From Candidatus Moraniibacteriota bacterium (GTDB taxonomy: Bacteria > Patescibacteriota > Minisyncoccia > Moranbacterales > UBA2206): a DNA stretch of 64,000 nucleotides. Shown here in pieces: positions 37,146-45,678 of the stretch; positions within the stretch are counted from its first letter, which is position 1; each line of letters begins with the position of its first letter. Location of the stretch: positions 9,182-73,181 of the forward strand of contig DPJH01000036.1 in assembly GCA_003543115.1 (NCBI GenBank). The letters run 5' to 3'. The notes beneath the pieces were generated by a model, which worked only from the letters and a program-made list of their open reading frames with translations, was not told the origin of the DNA and did no database searches. A program made the position numbers and the translations under genes.

Positions 37146-38852
37146 ATGTTCGGCTTGTTAATTTCCAGCCGGGCTGGTATTATGGGTGGTATGACGGGAA
37201 TAAAAAATAAATTCAAAAAACTGGGAAAAAATTTAGCCAATATCTTTCCTCAAGAATTGAGTCCTCTTTTTTTGATGCTTAATTTTTTAGGAATTATCGG
37301 CCTTCGGACTTTCGAAGATAAGTTCTTGGCCTCTTCTAGTTCTCCCTGGGAAGATGTTATGATCGAACTGATGCATAATTTTTTATTCTTTTCACTGACT
37401 TCTCTTCTGGTCTGGTTGATTTTAAGCTTTTTTCTAAAGAAGAAGCCTCGAGAACTGATTTCTTTAGTGGCTTGGTCCAATCTTTTGGTTCTTCTTCCCC
37501 CGCTTTTTGATATGGTAAAAACCAAAGGGAATGTTTTTTGGAGTTTTTATTTGTTGAGTGATATAAAAACTCTATTTTGGCAATTTTTGACTATTTTTGG
37601 CAATCTTCCGACCGGTATTGTTTATTTCGGAACAAAAATAACCTTTTTAGTAGCAATTTTCTTGATAATGCTGGTTATTTATACAAAAACCAGAAAAATA
37701 ATCAAAGCTTTATCGGCCGGGTTGGTCGTCTATATTGCTTTATTTCTTATGGGCAGTTTTCCCTCCTGGTTTGTTTTTTTAGCGCATATGTTTCAAGGGA
37801 AGAGTCCATGGGAAGTTAATGCAATAACCATAGTTCAATTCTTTGGATCGCCAGTAGAGATTTTGGGTTTTGGAACTGCCACTTTGAAATACGCCTTTGC
37901 TTATCAGATAGGCATGATTTTTTATATGCTGCTGATTTTTCTAGCAGCCGCTATTTTTTATTTGAATAATAAAGAAAAATTCTGGGCTATAATCAAAAAT
38001 GCTCGCTTTCCTCAACTAATTTATCATCTCGGCCTCTTGATAGTGGGAATGGGGCTGGGATTTTGGATGTATCCCCAGAATTGGCATTCCAATTTGTTTT
38101 CTATTTTAGCCATATCAATAGTGGCTATAAATATTGTTCTCGCTTGGCTGGCATCGGTCGTTTTCAATGATATTTATGATTATAAAATAGATATCATTTC
38201 TAATTCCTACCGGCCCTTGCAGAAAAAAATTTTTACGATGGAAGAATATTGGCAATTAGGGATAATTCTATTCATTCTTTCTTTGATAGGGAGCATGACG
38301 GTAAGCGTGTTTGGTTTCATACTATTGCTGGCTTATCAGATAGTGGCCTGGTTTTATTCCGCTCCTCCTTATAGATTGAAAAGATTTCCTTTAATAGCGA
38401 CATTTTTTAGTGCTATTGCCTCTCTTTTGATCCTTTTTTTAGGGTTTATTATGTTTTCAGGCGAAGAAAAATTAGCAATTTTCCCTTGGCGCATCGGTTT
38501 TATGTTTTTGTTCGGTTTGACATTGTCTTTGCCAATGAAGGATTTTAGGGATATTGAAGGAGATAGAAAAGACGGAGTGCTTACTTGGCCGATTATTCTA
38601 GGCTATGATTTGGGGGCCAAAGCAGTCGGATCGGGAATTTTTATTTCATTCGTGATGAGTGTTTTTTTTCTTAATGAGCTGAAGCTTTTTTGGTGGGCGG
38701 TTCTTTTTGGTGGAATTTCTTTTTGGATAGTAAATAATCCTGCTTGGAAAGGCAGGATGAAAAAAGGAGAATTGGTGGGGTGGATTTTGTCAGCAGCTAT
38801 GATCTATGCTTTGGTGATGGCTAAGATATTATTTGCTGATATGATCAAATAG
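37146..38852 (+). CDS. UbiA-family prenyltransferase with large N-terminal membrane extension
   Basis: The C-terminal half has the NDxxDxxxD motif (FNDIYDYKIDI) and multiple TM helices. The N-terminal roughly 290 aa form an additional polytopic domain. Confidence 0.55.
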   Translation: MFGLLISSRAGIMGGMTGIKNKFKKLGKNLANIFPQELSPLFLMLNFLGIIGLRTFEDKFLASSSSPWEDVMIELMHNFLFFSLTSLLVWLILSFFLKKKPRELISLVAWSNLLVLLPPLFDMVKTKGNVFWSFYLLSDIKTLFWQFLTIFGNLPTGIVYFGTKITFLVAIFLIMLVIYTKTRKIIKALSAGLVVYIALFLMGSFPSWFVFLAHMFQGKSPWEVNAITIVQFFGSPVEILGFGTATLKYAFAYQIGMIFYMLLIFLAAAIFYLNNKEKFWAIIKNARFPQLIYHLGLLIVGMGLGFWMYPQNWHSNLFSILAISIVAINIVLAWLASVVFNDIYDYKIDIISNSYRPLQKKIFTMEEYWQLGIILFILSLIGSMTVSVFGFILLLAYQIVAWFYSAPPYRLKRFPLIATFFSAIASLLILFLGFIMFSGEEKLAIFPWRIGFMFLFGLTLSLPMKDFRDIEGDRKDGVLTWPIILGYDLGAKAVGSGIFISFVMSVFFLNELKLFWWAVLFGGISFWIVNNPAWKGRMKKGELVGWILSAAMIYALVMAKILFADMIK

Positions 38853-39653
38853 CCTTTTCCAATTATTAACAGTTAATTCCTGGGCCCGAACATTTTTATC
38901 TAAAGACACTAAAGACAATATTTCTTCTATTGTCTCTTTTTTTATTTTCAGGCTGGTGGAAAGATTATTAAGAAGCGTCTTTCTTTTGGAGCAAAATCCA
39001 GCCTTGACTATTCTAAAGAATTTTTTATCTTCTTCTTTGTTGAATTTTTTTTGAGGAACTATTTTTATAACCGAACTGTCTACTTTTGGAACAGGGGAAA
39101 ATGCATTCTTATCTACATCAAAAAGAATTTCTGCGCTGGCATAATATCCTACAGAAACCGCCAAAATGCTCATCTGTCCTTTTGCCGCCACAATTCTTTG
39201 AGCTACTTCCTTTTGGATCATGAGAATCATTTCTTTAGGCTGGATCAGTTGCTCAAGAAAGAGTCTTATGATAGGAGAAGTTATATAATAAGGGATATTG
39301 GCGACTACTTTATATTGTATGCCTGATTTGCAACTTGAATCCTGCATGCGCGTTGCATATTTTTCTATTAATGCCGGCAAATTTGTTCTTAAAATATCTT
39401 CATGGATGATTTCTACATTTTTGTTTGGTGAGAACTTATGCTTTAAATAAGGAATTAATGCGTCATCTAGCTCAACGGCAATAATTTTTTTTCCAAGCTC
39501 GGCTAGCTTTTCGGTTAAAACTCCTTTTCCCGGACCGATTTCCAATACAAAATTAATATCAGTGATGTCTGATGATTGGATGATTTTTTCCAAAATAGCA
39601 GGATCTTTCAAAAAGTTTTGTCCTAGTTTTGTAGGCATAATTTTATAAATCAC
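38829..39653 (-). CDS. rsmA: 16S rRNA (adenine1518/1519-N6)-dimethyltransferase
   Basis: Contains LGQNFLKD and the SAM-binding motif EIGPGKGVLTEKL. Confidence 0.85.
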   Translation of the reverse strand: MIYKIMPTKLGQNFLKDPAILEKIIQSSDITDINFVLEIGPGKGVLTEKLAELGKKIIAVELDDALIPYLKHKFSPNKNVEIIHEDILRTNLPALIEKYATRMQDSSCKSGIQYKVVANIPYYITSPIIRLFLEQLIQPKEMILMIQKEVAQRIVAAKGQMSILAVSVGYYASAEILFDVDKNAFSPVPKVDSSVIKIVPQKKFNKEEDKKFFRIVKAGFCSKRKTLLNNLSTSLKIKKETIEEILSLVSLDKNVRAQELTVNNWKRLFDHISK

Positions 39654-39794
39654 AAAACCAAAATCTCAAATACCAAATAAATTCTAATGTCAAAGTTCAA
39701 ATTTCCAAAGTGGTTTTGAATTTATGGCTTAGGACTTGTAATTTATTTGGAATTTATAACTTTAGATTTGGTATTTTAAGGTTGATTATGTGTG

Positions 39795-40775
39795 CTAATT
39801 TAATACTTGTTCTACTTTCACTCCGATTACTCCCGCTCCGAGCGATGCAATTTTAGTGAAAGCTACTTTGTCTAAATCAATGATTCTTCCTTTTCCTTGA
39901 GGGCCATAATCATTTATCTCTACTATAACAGATTTTCCATTGGCTGTATTCGTGACCTTGGCAAATCCGCCTCTGGGGATAGTCGTACTGGCTGCAAAGA
40001 GGCCTCCTTTGAAAGAATACCATGTTCCTTGTCCTTTTTTAGCCCCTCCAAGTTTCATATAGGTTCCTTTGACCAAAATAGCATTTATAGGTTCTTTGGT
40101 GATATTTTTTTCTAAAATAACGCGCGATATTTCTTTATTGTCCTTATAGGTGATTTTATATTTTATTTCACGAATTCCCTTTTTGCCTGCTTGCTCGGTT
40201 TTTTCCTCTCGCCAACCAAGCTTTCTATCTTCTTTAGTGATGGTTTTGTAATTTATGTCTTCTTCAACAATCTTTTCTTCTACATTGATGCGGGTGACGA
40301 CTATTTTATCTTCGAAGGCAAAGCGAGAATAAAGCGGTTTCGAAACGATATCTAACCGGCCTAAAACAACCCCGTTTTCTTCTAGTATGCCGGAAACAGT
40401 TTTTGTAGAAGATTGATTTTTTATGGTTTTTCCATCAACTTTGATTTCAAAAGGGATTGAATGGTTTATCCTTATATGCATGCCCGAATAAAGAGCTGTA
40501 TTTTTTTCAGGGAATATTTCATCATGGTTTTCGACTTTGATTTTTTGTTCTTGCAGGAAAGATTCCACATTTTGTGCTCGGGTGGAAACATAAAAAACAG
40601 CTTCATTATCCAAAAGAACTATTTTTTTAGAAGCAGAAGAGAAATCCAATGTTCTTTTCGAAAGAAAAAGCGGCTTTTTGAAGAATAAATATTGTCCAAT
40701 AAAAAAAAGAGCCAGCAATGACAAGCTTAAACTGAATAATTTTAGAAGGGATTTTTTTCTGGACATAAACGCCAT
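39795..40775 (-). CDS. YabE-like protein: TM anchor + G5 domain + 3D (RlpA-like DPBB) domain
   Basis: The C-terminal 3D/DPBB region reads GTWYSFKGGLFAASTTIPRGGFAKVTNTANGKSVIVEINDYGP. A G5-like central region and an N-terminal TM helix precede it. Confidence 0.6.
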   Translation of the reverse strand: MAFMSRKKSLLKLFSLSLSLLALFFIGQYLFFKKPLFLSKRTLDFSSASKKIVLLDNEAVFYVSTRAQNVESFLQEQKIKVENHDEIFPEKNTALYSGMHIRINHSIPFEIKVDGKTIKNQSSTKTVSGILEENGVVLGRLDIVSKPLYSRFAFEDKIVVTRINVEEKIVEEDINYKTITKEDRKLGWREEKTEQAGKKGIREIKYKITYKDNKEISRVILEKNITKEPINAILVKGTYMKLGGAKKGQGTWYSFKGGLFAASTTIPRGGFAKVTNTANGKSVIVEINDYGPQGKGRIIDLDKVAFTKIASLGAGVIGVKVEQVLN

Positions 40776-40813
40776 TATTCTATCATGGATTGATTAAATC
40801 AGCAATTAACACT

Positions 40814-42340
40814 CTATTCAGTTTTAAAGCGGTATTGAATGGCTTCGGCAATATGGGACGGTTCAATATGGTCAAACTCTCCTAAATCAGCAACAGTTCT
40901 GGCCACCTTTATGATGCGATAGTATGCGCGAGCGCTAAGATGCAGGTTTGTTACGGCAGTTTTCATTAATTCTATGCAATTTTTATTAAGTTGGCAAAAT
41001 TCCTTTATTTCTTTGCCGCCCATTTCGCTGTTGGTAATTATAGGTGAATTTTTGAAGCGATTTTTCTGAATAATTCTGGCTTTTTCTACTCTTTGGCGAA
41101 TAGAAAGCGAGCTTTCAGAGGTGAAATTTTCTGCTAATTTTTCAAATTTTATTCTTGGCACTTCTACATGAAGATCTATGCGATCAAGGATTGGCCCCGA
41201 AATTTTTCGCTGATACTTAATAATTTGAGCAGGAGAGCAAGAGCAAGCCTTTTCTGGATCAGTGGCATTGCCGCAAGGACAAGGATTCATGGCTGCTACC
41301 AGAGTGAACCTGGCTGGAAATTCAAGGGTTCCTTGAGCTCGAGAAACGGTTATGATTCCGTCTTCCAGTGGCTGGCGAAGGTTTTCTAGGACGTTTCTTG
41401 AAAATTCAGGAAATTCATCCAGGAAAAGCACGCCTCTATGGCTGAGACTGATTTCTCCTGGTTTAGGATATGTTCCTCCTCCTACGAGTGAAACTGCACT
41501 GGCGCTATGATGCGGAGAGCGAAACTGTCTTTTTGTTATAAGCGGAGTGTTGGTTGGAAGTTGGCCGGACACGGAAAAGATTTTGGTGATTTCTAGAGCC
41601 TCAGGGACGGTAAGTTTGGGCAATATTGAAGGCATGGTTTTAGCTAAAAGAGTTTTTCCAGAACCTGGAGGACCATTAAGAATGACATTATGCCCTCCGG
41701 CAGCAGCAATTTCCAATGCTCTTTTGGCATGCTCTTGTCCTTTTATAAGAGACATTTCGCATAAGTGATTTTCAGCAGTAAAAAGACTGTCTAAATCTAA
41801 TTGAGCGATAGGCATCATTGTCTTTTGTCCAGTGAGATGGGAAATCAGCTCTAACAGGTTGTTAACCGAATAAATGTTTAAGCCTTCTATTACTGATGCT
41901 TCCGGAGCATTTTCACTAGGGACAAATATTTCTTTCAATCCCATTTTTTTAGCCATAATGGCCATAGGCAACACTCCTTTGACCGGCCTTACAATCCCAT
42001 CAAGGGAAAGTTCTCCTAAAAACAGTTTTTGAGCATGATCAAATTTTATTTGTTTGGTAGCTAAAAGGAATCCTAGAGCGATAGGCAAATCATAAGCAGG
42101 ACCTTCTTTTTTAAGATCGGCTGGCGCCAGATTAACAGTAATGCGACCGCATTGATGTGGGGGCTTGAATCGGCTATTTCTGATGGCAGCAGCTACTCTG
42201 TCTCGAGCTTCTTTTACAGCAGCATCAGGCAGCCCTACGATATTAAATTGGTGAAGACCGGCTGAAACTGCATCAACTTCAATTTCGATTAGTTCGCTTT
42301 TAAGGCCGATATTGGCTGTAGAAAGAATTTTTGATGACAA
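40814..42340 (-). CDS. comM: YifB/ComM family Mg-chelatase-like AAA+ ATPase
   Basis: Walker A is GPPGSGKT, with Lon-like N-terminal and MCM-like AAA+ features. It is 508 aa. Confidence 0.85.
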   Translation of the reverse strand: MSSKILSTANIGLKSELIEIEVDAVSAGLHQFNIVGLPDAAVKEARDRVAAAIRNSRFKPPHQCGRITVNLAPADLKKEGPAYDLPIALGFLLATKQIKFDHAQKLFLGELSLDGIVRPVKGVLPMAIMAKKMGLKEIFVPSENAPEASVIEGLNIYSVNNLLELISHLTGQKTMMPIAQLDLDSLFTAENHLCEMSLIKGQEHAKRALEIAAAGGHNVILNGPPGSGKTLLAKTMPSILPKLTVPEALEITKIFSVSGQLPTNTPLITKRQFRSPHHSASAVSLVGGGTYPKPGEISLSHRGVLFLDEFPEFSRNVLENLRQPLEDGIITVSRAQGTLEFPARFTLVAAMNPCPCGNATDPEKACSCSPAQIIKYQRKISGPILDRIDLHVEVPRIKFEKLAENFTSESSLSIRQRVEKARIIQKNRFKNSPIITNSEMGGKEIKEFCQLNKNCIELMKTAVTNLHLSARAYYRIIKVARTVADLGEFDHIEPSHIAEAIQYRFKTE

Positions 42341-42383
42341 CTTATTATATTTTTTTATCCGGCACGAGAGATAAAAACTTAAA

Positions 42384-42761
42384 TTAATTTTTATTTTTAA
42401 AAATAGACGATATGGTAATTATAGCACCAAAAAAAATAAATACATCAGCTAAATTAAAAATTGGCCAAAACTTCAAATTTATAAAATCGATTACGCATCC
42501 AAATGTCAATCGATCAATTATATTGGAAAAAGCTCCGCTAAGAATAAGTGTTATTCCGATAGATCTCAGTTTTTGATTTTCAGTTTTTGAAAAAGTATAC
42601 GATGTCAAAAATGCAATGAATATTATCCATAACAGCCAAAATAGGGCGGTTGGCATTTTCACGCCAAAGGATATGCCGGAATTGCAAATATAAAATCCGC
42701 CCGAAAAGCGGATTAAATACTTAGACAATTGGTCAAGTAAAATTGTAAATACAAAAAGCAT
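42384..42761 (-). CDS. lspA: lipoprotein signal peptidase II (short form)
   Basis: Has the LspA motifs NSGISFG, DRLTFGCVIDF and FNLADV. Confidence 0.75.
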   Translation of the reverse strand: MLFVFTILLDQLSKYLIRFSGGFYICNSGISFGVKMPTALFWLLWIIFIAFLTSYTFSKTENQKLRSIGITLILSGAFSNIIDRLTFGCVIDFINLKFWPIFNLADVFIFFGAIITISSIFKNKN

Positions 42762-43118
42762 CTAATTGCAGCTTATACAGGTTTTTGCAGAGGGGTTAGC
42801 TTTCAATCTCTCAATATCAATTTCTTGTTTGCATTTTTCGCAAACACCGAATGTTCCTTTTTCTATTTTTTCTAGCGCTGCAATAATATCTTGGAGCTTT
42901 TTTTCCAAAGTAATCTCTACAGGAAGATTGTCTGTATATTCTTCTACTTCAGTCGCATTGTCTTCTCTATCGCTTCCGATATCGTCAAATGTTGTTTCAT
43001 AGTCGCCTTTTTGCGTGTTAATGGGCTTAGCTATGCGTCTAAGATTTTCTTCGAGTTCTTTTTTTTCTTTCAAAAGAGAATTTTTTATATCAGAAAGAGT
43101 GTTTTTATCAATTGTCAT
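42762..43118 (-). CDS. DksA/TraR family C4 zinc-finger regulator
   Basis: A coiled-coil N-terminus is followed by a CxxC-x17-CxxC finger (CEKCKQEI...CISCN). Confidence 0.7.
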   Translation of the reverse strand: MTIDKNTLSDIKNSLLKEKKELEENLRRIAKPINTQKGDYETTFDDIGSDREDNATEVEEYTDNLPVEITLEKKLQDIIAALEKIEKGTFGVCEKCKQEIDIERLKANPSAKTCISCN

Positions 43119-43275
43119 AATATTATTTTCCTTAAAATTGTTAAAAGTTAATCGTAGCTTTATTTTAGCAAAAATATCGGCAGATGTCTATTGTTTGGGT
43201 TTGTAAGGATAAATCAAAAAACTAATCCATATTACAACATATCATATAAATAATTGCAGATAATGCAGCTTTAAA

Positions 43276-43698
43276 TTAGGAAAGGTAAATGTTGGGCAGA
43301 TGCTTTATTTTGGCTCGCCGCGTTTCCCAATCAAGCCAAACAGAGATAGCATCAAATCTGTACGATTTATCTTCCCAATGCATTTTTCTAAGGTATACGG
43401 AGGCTATTTTCGCTAGTTTTTGTAATTTTTGATAATTAATATTCTCTTCAGGCATAGTCTTGCCATATCTGGCATAATCCCTGCTCTTTACTTCTACGAA
43501 TATGATCTCGTTTTCTTTTGTGTCTCTGGCTATAATATCAATTTCTCCTATCCTTCGTCCGCAGTCATTCTTAAAATTCATTGCCAATATTTCAAAGCCT
43601 TTGCTTCGGAGAAAATTAGCCGCAACTTGCTCACCTGTTTTTCCTACGGATTGGGTATTTGGAATGATTTTCTCTTCGCTCATGACTATATTATACAT
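43276..43698 (-). CDS. yraN: YraN (UPF0102) family endonuclease
   Basis: Contains GEQVAANFLRSKGFEIL, GEIDIIA and FVEVKSR. Confidence 0.75.
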   Translation of the reverse strand: MYNIVMSEEKIIPNTQSVGKTGEQVAANFLRSKGFEILAMNFKNDCGRRIGEIDIIARDTKENEIIFVEVKSRDYARYGKTMPEENINYQKLQKLAKIASVYLRKMHWEDKSYRFDAISVWLDWETRRAKIKHLPNIYLS

Positions 43699-44511
43699 AA
43701 AATTTCACTTTTGGAAACAAAAAAAACACCTCTATGGGTGATATAGAAACCTAGGGTGTTACAGAGGTATGTACCTAAATAATAAAATATTGGACAACAT
43801 ATAACACCCAAAGGTGTTCGTCAATGTGAACGCGTCGGACTTTTTGAGTCATTTGATTGGGTGAGAACCATTTAACCACTAAAAGGTCTAGCGTGTAATG
43901 TTATTACTTACACATTGAAAAGTTTAGTATTATTCTGACTTTACTTAATACTTTTTGACTCTCTTACCATTCTCTGGCACTTGGCCTTTGAATCGTCGGT
44001 AACTACTTGGAGAAGCATTTATCGAATTGCTGCTCGAAGTAGTTACCAACTTGTTTTAAAGAACATTTTTTATTTTTTGTTTTTATTTTAATAAAAATTT
44101 TTTTGTTTTTATTTTAGGGTCCTCCGGTCAGAAGTCGGAGGCGGCTTCAAGATGTTACTTGAAACACTTGAACAGTAGAGAGGTTTCAATCGCAAATAGG
44201 GGGAAATTGCGATTGAAGCTCCTCTACCGTTACTGGAATTTAATTTTCAAGGATCACTATGAACTTATTATAGCAAAAATAAGCGGCTAGGTCAATCATT
44301 TGGATCATCATGGTTAAGAAAATGCAGCATTCATGGGATAAAAGATATTTATAGTTGGATGTATGCTATCGCAATGTTTTTTTGTTGAATAAATAATTAA
44401 AAACTCTTTTTTTAAAATGAAATTTAATTTTAGATAAAAGCGGGTTATTCAACAAGTTATCCACAGCTTATACTATTAATTCCAAATAAAAGGTATTGTC
44501 GGCAGTCTAAA
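43699..44511. ncRNA. candidate structured ncRNA locus (unidentified)
   Basis: The 813-bp region has no ORF of at least 60 aa and is locally GC-richer than its surroundings. It holds multiple strong hairpins (44121-44141, 44173-44229, 43994-44053). I found no tmRNA, RNase P or SRP signature motif. Confidence 0.3.
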
Positions 44512-45585
44512 TTATAGATTTGCTTTGTCTAGGATGGATTCGATTGTGAATTTGGTTGTTGTTATAATAAGTTTATTTCCTTGAAACGCATAATCAATCG
44601 AAAGCTTTTGGGCGGAAATCAAATTTTGATATCTGATAGTATGATTTTTGTATTGAGTGCTTTCAAATGGGGATGTGGGAATTGCAAAATCTGAATATGG
44701 CAGGATGGAAGCAAGCTCCTTATATAAAGAAGTTTCTTCTTGGGAAATTTGATTATTTGCCAACAGGGGATCTGTGGTATTTAAAACCAGACCCACTCCG
44801 AAATTTCCATTATCATCAAACAAAAATAAGCTGAATTTTTTTTCTAGAGAAGATAATATCTCAGCAGAGAGGGTTATATCGGCCATCTTTGCAAAATCAG
44901 AAAATGATATAGGATTATTTTCTTTGTCTACTACTGTAAATTCTATCGGTGTTTTTAATTTGGCGGTAACAATGTTTTGAATTTTGGATTCTAATGTTTT
45001 TTTAAGCGATACCGGATCAATACTGGCAATGTCTATGACAAGATAATTAGGGCTTTCTGCGCTTATTGTCAGAGCAGTATCCTTTTCTTCTAACGGATTT
45101 TCTTGAGCAATATTTAATGATGGGCTGCTTTGAATTTTATTTTCTGGGGATTTTCTCGTAGTAATGAAATAATATGTTCCAATGCCAACAAAAATAATAA
45201 TCAAGAAGCTCAATAAAAGCAGAATTTTTTTTGAACCGGACGACTCGGACATTTTAATATTAGAGTCGATCTTGGGTTGGATGATCTTATTTATTTGTGC
45301 ATAATCTTGTTTTGATTTCGGCCTGCTTTCATCTGAAAGATTTGATTTTTCGGGGGGAGTAAGAAAAGGACTGCTTTTTTGCTTCTCGTTCAATTGCAAT
45401 GATGGATTTTCAGGAGATGATTTTTCCGGGTAAAGAGTTTTCTTCATTGAAGGATTTTCAATTTCTTGGATATCCTTTTCCATTGTATGAATAATGATAT
45501 CTTCAATTTTGTAGTCTTTTTCCTGGCTTAAATTATTGTTATTTTCTTGGTTTTCATCAACAAATGTGCTTTGATTTCTAAACAT
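44512..45585 (-). CDS. hypothetical bitopic membrane protein
   Basis: It is 357 aa with a low-complexity cytoplasmic N-region, one TM helix (ILLLLSFLIIIFVGIGTYYFI) and an extracellular domain. Confidence 0.45.
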   Translation of the reverse strand: MFRNQSTFVDENQENNNNLSQEKDYKIEDIIIHTMEKDIQEIENPSMKKTLYPEKSSPENPSLQLNEKQKSSPFLTPPEKSNLSDESRPKSKQDYAQINKIIQPKIDSNIKMSESSGSKKILLLLSFLIIIFVGIGTYYFITTRKSPENKIQSSPSLNIAQENPLEEKDTALTISAESPNYLVIDIASIDPVSLKKTLESKIQNIVTAKLKTPIEFTVVDKENNPISFSDFAKMADITLSAEILSSLEKKFSLFLFDDNGNFGVGLVLNTTDPLLANNQISQEETSLYKELASILPYSDFAIPTSPFESTQYKNHTIRYQNLISAQKLSIDYAFQGNKLIITTTKFTIESILDKANL

Positions 45586-45626
45586 TTATTTATATTTTAA
45601 TTTTTTTCATCGATTGTTTATATAAA

Positions 45627-45657
45627 AAATAGAGACAATCTTAATTGTCTCTATTTT
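45627..45657 (-). terminator. rho-independent terminator downstream of pnp
   Basis: A perfect 11-bp stem (ATAGAGACAAT/ATTGTCTCTAT) with a 4-nt loop is followed by a T-run on the minus strand. Confidence 0.6.
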
Positions 45658-45678
45658 ACAATAAAATATTCTTTTTGG

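Noticed and set aside
43699-44511. tmRNA, RNase P RNA or SRP RNA in the long intergenic region
   Set aside because: I searched by eye for the tmRNA T-arm (GGTTCGA..TCC + CCA), RNase P CR-I/CR-II motifs and SRP domain-IV GNRA/AGCAG motifs on both strands and found none. The region is therefore reported only as an unidentified ncRNA candidate.
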